Origin: a virus
Taxonomy: Duplodnaviria; Caudoviricetes
Virus record (IMG/VR): IMGVR_UViG_3300028048_000086
Span: 32,001 to 96,000 of that record
Length of the DNA: 64,000 nt
Direction: 5' to 3' (one strand)
In this document: positions 57,452 through 64,000 of the stretch, one piece after another
Layout: every line of letters begins with the position of its first letter
Position numbering within the stretch: the first letter of the stretch is position 1
Position numbers and translations under genes: made by a program
The notes under the pieces: model-generated
What the model was told of the DNA's origin: nothing
The model's input: the letters and a program-made list of their open reading frames with translations, nothing else
Databases searched by the model: none

Positions 57452-59611
57452 ATGTCGAACATCAATGAAATCGCCGATGTCCAGGAATCGGCCTACCGCG
57501 TTGTTGCGTGGGAGGCGAAGAAGTTCAACAATCCGTCCATCGAGGCGGATTATGAGAAGCTTGCAAAGATGCGCGGCAAGCTCGCTCCAACCACGACGCT
57601 CGTCACGAGTGATCAGGTAGAGGAGCTTATTACTCCGTACCTGCTCGCTAACCGTGTCTCCGTGGATACGGATGACGAAGGGCGTGAAATCGTCTCCGAT
57701 GATGCATCGGATGACGATGCCAAGGCTACGGGCCAGCTCGTAGCCACGAAGCTGTACCTGGATAAAGATGCCCATGTCCAGCGTACGCTGGCTCCTATCC
57801 CGTATAACCGTGTATCCCGCTATCTTCCGAAAGAAGAAGCGACGGTTCATACGGGAACAGGCGAGTTCGTTACGCGTGTAAGCAATTACACGCAGTTCTA
57901 CCTGGTCTTCCAGCTTACGGGAGCTGATGATCAGTATGTGCTCGACCGCGAGATCTACCGTAAGGTAGGCACGGACGAATTCTATTGGGAGAACGAGTTC
58001 GATCAGCTCGTTAATATCGTCACGGGGGAGCTCGCGACGATTGACGAGCTGGGAGAATGCCTCGTGTATAACTCCCGTAAGATGCCTGGTCAGGAAAATC
58101 TGACGGCAGGCGAGAAGAAGAGCTACACGATTCAGTTCGTGTGCTCGAACTTCGGAAACATCAATGTCCGTGCGTTGAAATACGTGCTGACGTACGGTGC
58201 ATCCGAGCTTCTGGCCGCGACGCCGAAGACGAGCCAGAAGGATCTGGCTCAGAAGAGCAACCGTTTGGCGCAGTACATGGCTCCGAATACTTCGGGGACA
58301 TTCTTGCATAACGTTTGCTTTTTCATGGGCAAGATCAAGGACGATGACGGCAACGAGTACCGTGACGGCTTCGCTTTCGTCTTGGACGAAGCGGTGCGCC
58401 ATTGCTTCGTTGTCTTGAGCAAGGGCATGTTCGCGATCTCTAAGAAAGCTTGCCAGGGCCTGGCCATCCAGATGCGTCCGTGGCTCTGCAAGCTGGAGAG
58501 CGAGTCGGTATCCGAGGGATACATGGCTCGCTTCCTGGAACTGCGTCATGCTCTCGAAAATGCCGTGTTCGTGTACAGGGACGCGGTGACGGAAGAACAG
58601 CAGGAAGCGTTCAACGAGGCTCTTGAAAGCAAGGGCAAGAAGGGCGCTTTCGCCGGCAAGTTCGTTTTCATCGCTGATCATGAAGGTGATTGGGATGAGA
58701 ACGAAGTTCCAGAGTTCTTCACGGATATCAATGGCCTGAAGGCAGAGTTCGATCTGAAGATGGGATCTACCTTCAATATCTTGTCGATGAGTCATCATAA
58801 GTCGCACAAGAACGGTGCTCACTTGAGCACGCAGCTTGTGCAGTCGATGATGATCTTCGATTACGAAGCCACGAAGAAAGTCGTCGCTCGTCATATGGAG
58901 GCGTACGTCGCCGACAAGTTTGGCGAGCTGATGAACGGCACGGGCAAGACGCCGACCGTTCAGGATGTCGAGGGTTCGCTGAAGGGACAGCTTCTCGCGA
59001 AGCTCTGCCCGGCGGTAACGACAAAGTACTATTTCCCGCTTCTCCGTTCAATTTCGAACAAGACGATGGAGGGAATGGTGCGTGTCGCCAATAACCTGAG
59101 CATCCCGACTGAGGGGGCGTACCAGAAGCTCATGGTGGATCCCGCCATGGACTTCGGCGTACGCATCTTGAACGTCACGAAAGACGCGACGAGCAATGGC
59201 ATCCTCGAGGTGCTGGCTCCGACCGTCGAAGTGACGTGCCGCGGCATTATCGTTAAGTATCCGAAGCAGCACTTCGGAGAATACGGTAAATGCCATGTCG
59301 TCTCCGTCGCTGATTATATCGCTCGTGTCAAAGCGTGCGATGAACTCAGCGAAAATGACAAAGCACTCCTCATCGAGAAGGTTCGTCGCCTCTCGAAGGG
59401 AGTGCTTTGCGTGCCGGCAGTCGCCGAAGTCAAAAACATGCTTGCGGGCATGGATTTTGACGGTGACGCGGTCATCCTGTTCCTTGATAGCGGTGTCGTT
59501 GCCGTGATGTGGAAAGGCGTTCCCATCGCTGTCTGCATCGACGAGAACGACGCTGGCATGCTCTCGGAAGAAGAGTATGCTGCTTATAAGGAGCAGATCT
59601 CGAAGAAGTAA
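57452..59611 (+). CDS. YonO/RdRP-like two-barrel RNA polymerase, N-terminal catalytic part
   Basis: RDGFAFV, IQMRPWLCK, LSTQLVQSM, VKYP, LAGMDFDGDAV (DFDGD at 59453-59467) in the order expected for YonO/QDE-1-like enzymes. Confidence 0.8.
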   Translation: MSNINEIADVQESAYRVVAWEAKKFNNPSIEADYEKLAKMRGKLAPTTTLVTSDQVEELITPYLLANRVSVDTDDEGREIVSDDASDDDAKATGQLVATKLYLDKDAHVQRTLAPIPYNRVSRYLPKEEATVHTGTGEFVTRVSNYTQFYLVFQLTGADDQYVLDREIYRKVGTDEFYWENEFDQLVNIVTGELATIDELGECLVYNSRKMPGQENLTAGEKKSYTIQFVCSNFGNINVRALKYVLTYGASELLAATPKTSQKDLAQKSNRLAQYMAPNTSGTFLHNVCFFMGKIKDDDGNEYRDGFAFVLDEAVRHCFVVLSKGMFAISKKACQGLAIQMRPWLCKLESESVSEGYMARFLELRHALENAVFVYRDAVTEEQQEAFNEALESKGKKGAFAGKFVFIADHEGDWDENEVPEFFTDINGLKAEFDLKMGSTFNILSMSHHKSHKNGAHLSTQLVQSMMIFDYEATKKVVARHMEAYVADKFGELMNGTGKTPTVQDVEGSLKGQLLAKLCPAVTTKYYFPLLRSISNKTMEGMVRVANNLSIPTEGAYQKLMVDPAMDFGVRILNVTKDATSNGILEVLAPTVEVTCRGIIVKYPKQHFGEYGKCHVVSVADYIARVKACDELSENDKALLIEKVRRLSKGVLCVPAVAEVKNMLAGMDFDGDAVILFLDSGVVAVMWKGVPIAVCIDENDAGMLSEEEYAAYKEQISKK

Positions 59612-59692
59612 TTCTATCGAGATACTGATATGTTAACACTGTTAAGGGGGGGCGTCAAGCCCCCCTATCCATGTTATAAGGAGGAATTTATC

Positions 59693-61606
59693 ATGGATAA
59701 CGAAAACAAAGAGCTGCTCGGTCTCAACCTCGGTCACGATGACTTCATCAATGCGTTGGTGAATAAAAATCCTGGTCCTGGCCAGGTCATCAATGCTCAT
59801 CGCATTTTCGCGGCTATTTACGCGATGGCTGACGAGGAACCCAAAGCTGCTAAAATGGCGCTGGATAAGATCTTCGGCATCGGGAAGCGCGGTGAGCATT
59901 ACGTCTCGCCGATTCCACCGATGGTCGTGCGCGAGAATCTCACGATCAAGAACGTGAGTTTCTCGATGGTCCACGAGGCCGTCGAATCGGCACGCAAGGC
60001 TGAATTCTCCTCCGTGGAAGAGATGAAGTCTTGCGCCGATGACTTCACGACATTCGCGAGAATGTTCAGTGAAGCAGTCATTGATGCTGCTAAGAAAGGT
60101 GGCATCGTGCCAATCGAGTACATCGATGCGCTCCGTTCAGCTGTCAAGCCGGAAAGCCTTCTTCATACGGAGAAGTCTTTCAATGCCGAGATCAACTGGA
60201 TGACGGATAAACCCGCTCGTAAGGGCTGGGTCCGTCATCAGGATTCGAAAGCGAAGGGTGCGGTTGATGTCCTCTGCCAGCAGAAAGGTAAGAATCCTTA
60301 CCGTTTCGTCGCCAAGGAAAACAGCACACAGCTCGTGCTCGAAGATCCTTGGCATGAGCTTAGCGTCGATTGCTTGAATAAGGCAGTTGATGGTTACGCG
60401 GCGAAAGTTACGGAACTGGAGCCGCATCTGTTCTCGTATTTCGTAAAGGCGGTCGCTGATCGTCGTGCGGAAGATATGAACTTCGATGCTGTCTGTGTCA
60501 TCGCGTCCAAGCTCTGGGCACAGATGAACCGCACGATCACGTCCAGCATGACGGCAGAGAAATCCGCCATCGAGACGACGGACAAGGATCAGAAACGCGC
60601 CGAGGAACGTGCGATCACGGCTCGCTATCGTGAGACGTATAACGCTCTCGGCAACGAGATTCGCCGTCAGTTCGGCCTTTTGAAGTCGAATGATATGACG
60701 GAAATGGCTATGGTTAACGCCGTAGTTAACGCCGCGTATCATGACGAGGAAGGTAAGCTCCTCGACGATGTTTCCGCAACCAACTTCGCGGATAACGTCA
60801 TCGGCGAAGAGTTCTTCTCCTGGCTGAAGAAGCACCTTCTTCATAAAAAGGAGAATGTCACTGAGGAGGCTGTCGAGCCGCTGATCGGCTGTGACTTCGA
60901 AGAAGGATCCGAGATCGTATTCAAAGATTCTTTCGCGGAGAAAGACGGTCATTACGCCATGGCGGAACGTCCGAACGTCAATGGCTCGTATGTCATCAAG
61001 AAAGTTGGTGGCAAATGGGCGGCTACGAAGAAGATCGATGATATCGTCGAGTCATCGATTGACTTCGTAGAGAATCAGGTCATGTTCATGACCTCTTCTA
61101 CGTCGGAAACGGAAGAACGTCTCGTCGCGATGGCGAAGGCGGCTTCCGTGAAAGGCGCGAAAGTCACCTTGGTTCACAATACTAAGGTGAATGGCGTCCG
61201 TCAGGCTATCTTCGTTGATGGCAAAGCGTATGGCCGTTATGCCAATGCTTACGCTGATCTTTCCAAGAAGAAGGATCGTGAAGCAGCGAAGAAGCTCGGT
61301 CTCGTCATGGACAATGTCTACGATCTCGTTCAGGGTGACCTGAAGGATATCAAGATGATGTCCTATCCGGACGAACATGGCCGTAAGCATGCGAAAGCCG
61401 TCGTCGTTCTCGAGAACGTGACGAAGATTGCGTGGAACAAGGTTCCGAAGTTCAATGGTTGGGTTCCGGTCGAAAAGAAAGTAGTTAAAACGGCGAAAAC
61501 CGTTAAGACGAATTTCTTCGCGGCTAAGAAGCCGGTCGTAAAAGAAGAGCCGAAGAAAGCTGCTAAGAGCGATAAGCTCGTCAGCTTCTTCGCCAAGTAT
61601 CACTAA
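59693..61606 (+). CDS. YonO/RdRP-like RNA polymerase, C-terminal part
   Basis: Own AAGGAGG RBS and ATG 59693; PGQVIN and FSEAVIDAAKKG correspond to the post-catalytic IG..xN and AVDxxKtG motifs. Confidence 0.7.
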   Translation: MDNENKELLGLNLGHDDFINALVNKNPGPGQVINAHRIFAAIYAMADEEPKAAKMALDKIFGIGKRGEHYVSPIPPMVVRENLTIKNVSFSMVHEAVESARKAEFSSVEEMKSCADDFTTFARMFSEAVIDAAKKGGIVPIEYIDALRSAVKPESLLHTEKSFNAEINWMTDKPARKGWVRHQDSKAKGAVDVLCQQKGKNPYRFVAKENSTQLVLEDPWHELSVDCLNKAVDGYAAKVTELEPHLFSYFVKAVADRRAEDMNFDAVCVIASKLWAQMNRTITSSMTAEKSAIETTDKDQKRAEERAITARYRETYNALGNEIRRQFGLLKSNDMTEMAMVNAVVNAAYHDEEGKLLDDVSATNFADNVIGEEFFSWLKKHLLHKKENVTEEAVEPLIGCDFEEGSEIVFKDSFAEKDGHYAMAERPNVNGSYVIKKVGGKWAATKKIDDIVESSIDFVENQVMFMTSSTSETEERLVAMAKAASVKGAKVTLVHNTKVNGVRQAIFVDGKAYGRYANAYADLSKKKDREAAKKLGLVMDNVYDLVQGDLKDIKMMSYPDEHGRKHAKAVVVLENVTKIAWNKVPKFNGWVPVEKKVVKTAKTVKTNFFAAKKPVVKEEPKKAAKSDKLVSFFAKYH

Positions 61607-61652
61607 GTATTATTATCTCAAGGATGAGAGGGGAAGGGTGCATGGATGCACC

Positions 61653-61709
61653 CGTACTAATGCAGCCATCGGCGGTCCAAAGCCCGCGTGAGAAATGCAG
61701 ATGGGTACG
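61653..61709 (+). ncRNA. Twister ribozyme (type P1)
   Basis: CGUAC-UAA-UGC-AGC-CAUC-G-GCGG-UCCAAAGC-CCGC-...-GCA-GAUGG-GUACG: P1 CGUAC/GUACG, P2 UGC/GCA, P4 GCGG/CCGC with the characteristic loop; intergenic. Confidence 0.82.
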
Positions 61710-61744
61710 TTTATTTTCTACCGTTAAAGAGAGGAATGGTAAAA

Positions 61745-62257
61745 ATGTCGAACAGAAAATATGATCTCAAAGCGCTTGCCGCGCTGAAGTATGCGGCGTT
61801 CAAAATCGGGCGCAAGATGGAACCCGTCGAAATTCTTCGGGCATTGATTGCGCCGACCGATCTTCCGTCGGGTGATATTGCGGAAGTTGTCCTGGCGTAC
61901 ATGCTGGGATATCTCACGAAGGTTGTTCGTGGCCTTTACGTCGATATGTCAGCGTATGCGGACATGAAAGGAGTTGACTTTGTGCTCACGCGCTTCGGCT
62001 ATGAGCACAAACTCCAGCTGAAATTCAATAGAAAGGACCGGCGTGATTACGGCGAAGATATCGTCGTATTCTATGCCGGTCCTTCTAGCAAGTTCATCGG
62101 AACTAAGTATTTGGAAGAAGATCGCGGAGATAATATTCTTCTCAATATTCTTCTTAGCATGGATGTTTATGACTTCGATGAAGCCTGCGACATCATCGAT
62201 GACCATCGCGGACTCAAAGAAGCCTGCATTCGTGCATGGGAGATCATCAAGAATTGA
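61745..62257 (+). CDS. Hypothetical protein, possible PD-(D/E)xK nuclease fold
   Basis: D..GVDFVL...LQLK; start placed at ATG 61745 (or 61736) after GAGAGG, downstream of the ribozyme. Confidence 0.5.
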   Translation: MSNRKYDLKALAALKYAAFKIGRKMEPVEILRALIAPTDLPSGDIAEVVLAYMLGYLTKVVRGLYVDMSAYADMKGVDFVLTRFGYEHKLQLKFNRKDRRDYGEDIVVFYAGPSSKFIGTKYLEEDRGDNILLNILLSMDVYDFDEACDIIDDHRGLKEACIRAWEIIKN

Positions 62258-62510
62258 GAATCTCTCGGCACCAATCTTCGGAAAGGAAGTGATCCTCGTT
62301 TTCTTCAATATAGTTTATGCGGTTAGGCTTGCCGGTAATCTCGGTAAAAGCTTCTTCAGCTTCTGATTCAGCCGCGAGCATGGCCGCATAAGCTTTTTGG
62401 AACTTGGCACTAAAAAAACTATCTAGCTGTAAATTGCGAACGTCGTTACTTGTTTTCATGACTTCGCGAGCTTTCATTTTAAAGCTTTGAATTTGCTCTT
62501 CCGTAACCAT
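62247..62510 (-). CDS. Small counter-oriented hypothetical protein (87 aa)
   Basis: AAAGGA RBS and a strong upstream promoter. Confidence 0.55.
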   Translation of the reverse strand: MVTEEQIQSFKMKAREVMKTSNDVRNLQLDSFFSAKFQKAYAAMLAAESEAEEAFTEITGKPNRINYIEENEDHFLSEDWCREILNS

Positions 62511-62550
62511 CTATATCATCCTTTCCGTGCTACCTCTTTCTACATAATGT

Positions 62551-62579
62551 AGAATAGCACGAAAAGGTCAAAATGTCAA
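62551..62579 (-). promoter_or_regulatory. SigmaA-type promoter (leftward)
   Basis: TTGACA-17 nt-TATTCT with TG extension on the - strand. Confidence 0.7.
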
Positions 62580-62601
62580 TCATATCAGGAGGAATTTAAT
62601 C

Positions 62602-64000
62602 ATGAAAAACATCAACCTTAACGCAGATCAGAAGAACGCTCTCTCTATCGCTATCGAGGCTCTCTCGAAGGGCGAGCCGGCGGCAATCATCGGTGCTGCT
62701 GGCACCGGCAAGAGCACCATGGCAGCAGAAGTCGCCCGTGTGGCAGTGAAAGAATGCGGCATCGCCGATGTCGTGTATATGGCACCGACCAACAAGGCGG
62801 CGTTGGTGCTTCAGGAGAAGTGCGGTTCCGGCTACACGATCCACTCCAGCATCTACAAGTATGATGACGAAGGCAATCACTTCGTCAATTACGATAAGGA
62901 TGCTATCAAAAATAGCCTCCTTATCGTGGACGAGGCATCTATGGTAGGGGAGAAACTCCTCGCCGATCTCCGCAAGTTCGCGGAGTATAATAACGATCGC
63001 CTTCTCTTCTTGGGAGACCCCTTCCAGCTTCCGCCGGTCAAGGACGGAGAGGCCGAGATCTTCAACCTCGAATGCCAGGCACATCTCAACCAGATCATGC
63101 GTCAGGCGAAAGGGAGCAAAATTCTCGACTACGCTACGTGCCTCCGTAGTGTGAAGAAGCCGTTTATGCCGAAAGACACGAACGGTGACGTCGAAGTTAT
63201 CGGGGGCAAGGAAGTCTTCCATCGTTACGTTGACGATGTGAAGGCCGGCAAGAACGCCGTTCTCGTCGTCTGGACGAACCCGACGCGTGTTAAGACGAAC
63301 GGTCTCATTCGTCGTGCTCTTGAATATAAGGATGTCGTCGTCAATGGTGACATTCTTATCAGCATCAGCAATAACAACGCCTGCGCGAACGGCGAGACCT
63401 TTGTCGTCGATGGCGTTGAGCATGCGCAGACGATCGAAACCGCCGATGGTAAAGTCGTCACGTTCGAGACGGTGGTTAATGGCAAACGCCGTCCGGTCGC
63501 GTTGTATCCGTTCACGACGAAAGCGAGCATTCCGAATTTCAAAGTGAACGCTCGCTCGTTCCCGGAAAACTTCCAGGATCGTAACCGTAAGGACAAGAAA
63601 ATCGTCCTTTCGAATGATGTCGTCATCGCGACTTACGGTTACGCTATTACGGCTCACAAGAGCCAGGGTAGCCAGTGGGATACGGTGTATATCGGCGAAG
63701 TTCAGAAAGCTTTCAAAGAAATCACCGAAGAGAACTGCGCTCGTTGGATCTACACGGCCGTGACGCGCGCAGCCAAGAAAGTCGTTCTTTCTTCTGATCT
63801 GAAGCTTCAGAAGAAGGTGTGGAAAGTTATCGATGACGAGGCTGCTAAGTACGTCGTCGATGCTCCGGTCGGGGAAGAGCCGGTCGAAGAGAAACCGTCC
63901 TTCGAGGATGTCTTCGGCGATGATACCGAAGTCTTCGAGCAAGCCATCGAAGAACTTCCGGATGAGGAGCCAAAACAGGATAAGGATGAATATACTATTC
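62602..64000 (+). CDS. SF1B helicase, Dda/RecD-like (runs off the right edge)
   Basis: AGGAGG RBS; GAAGTGKST, APTNKAA, IVDEASM, GDPFQLPPV, YAITAHKSQGS, YTAVTRA; absent from the ORF track because no stop is in the window. Confidence 0.92.
   Translation, partial: MKNINLNADQKNALSIAIEALSKGEPAAIIGAAGTGKSTMAAEVARVAVKECGIADVVYMAPTNKAALVLQEKCGSGYTIHSSIYKYDDEGNHFVNYDKDAIKNSLLIVDEASMVGEKLLADLRKFAEYNNDRLLFLGDPFQLPPVKDGEAEIFNLECQAHLNQIMRQAKGSKILDYATCLRSVKKPFMPKDTNGDVEVIGGKEVFHRYVDDVKAGKNAVLVVWTNPTRVKTNGLIRRALEYKDVVVNGDILISISNNNACANGETFVVDGVEHAQTIETADGKVVTFETVVNGKRRPVALYPFTTKASIPNFKVNARSFPENFQDRNRKDKKIVLSNDVVIATYGYAITAHKSQGSQWDTVYIGEVQKAFKEITEENCARWIYTAVTRAAKKVVLSSDLKLQKKVWKVIDDEAAKYVVDAPVGEEPVEEKPSFEDVFGDDTEVFEQAIEELPDEEPKQDKDEYTI

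Noticed and set aside
57434-58894. 486-aa antisense ORF
   Set aside because: Shadow of the RNAP gene, caused by its codon bias; no motifs
62596-63942. 448-aa minus-strand ORF
   Set aside because: Antisense to the helicase, which shows all SF1 motifs on the + strand

Overview
A 64 kb segment of a large tailed phage with a contractile tail, probably infecting a Firmicute (strong AGGAGG ribosome-binding sites, sigmaA-type promoters, a parS-like site). Positions 1-55264 form one leftward virion module: terminase with an intein, portal, protease/scaffold, major capsid, neck, sheath, three tube paralogs, chaperones and three giant virion proteins. A rightward early/middle module starts at about 55570. 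Highlights: (1) a 3006-aa protein in the tail cluster carries an N-terminal DEDDh exonuclease plus beta- and beta'-like two-barrel RNA polymerase motifs (candidate virion RNAP); (2) a second, YonO/RdRP-like RNAP is split into two in-frame genes just after its DFDGD motif; (3) a plasmid-type Rep_3 initiator with an iteron/DnaA-box origin sits inside the late operon next to terL, suggesting a phage-plasmid; (4) the tail tube gene is interrupted by two group I introns separated by a ~13-nt micro-exon; (5) a twister ribozyme and three antisense host-type promoters lie in the rightward operon. All family calls come from motif recognition by eye; no searches were run.
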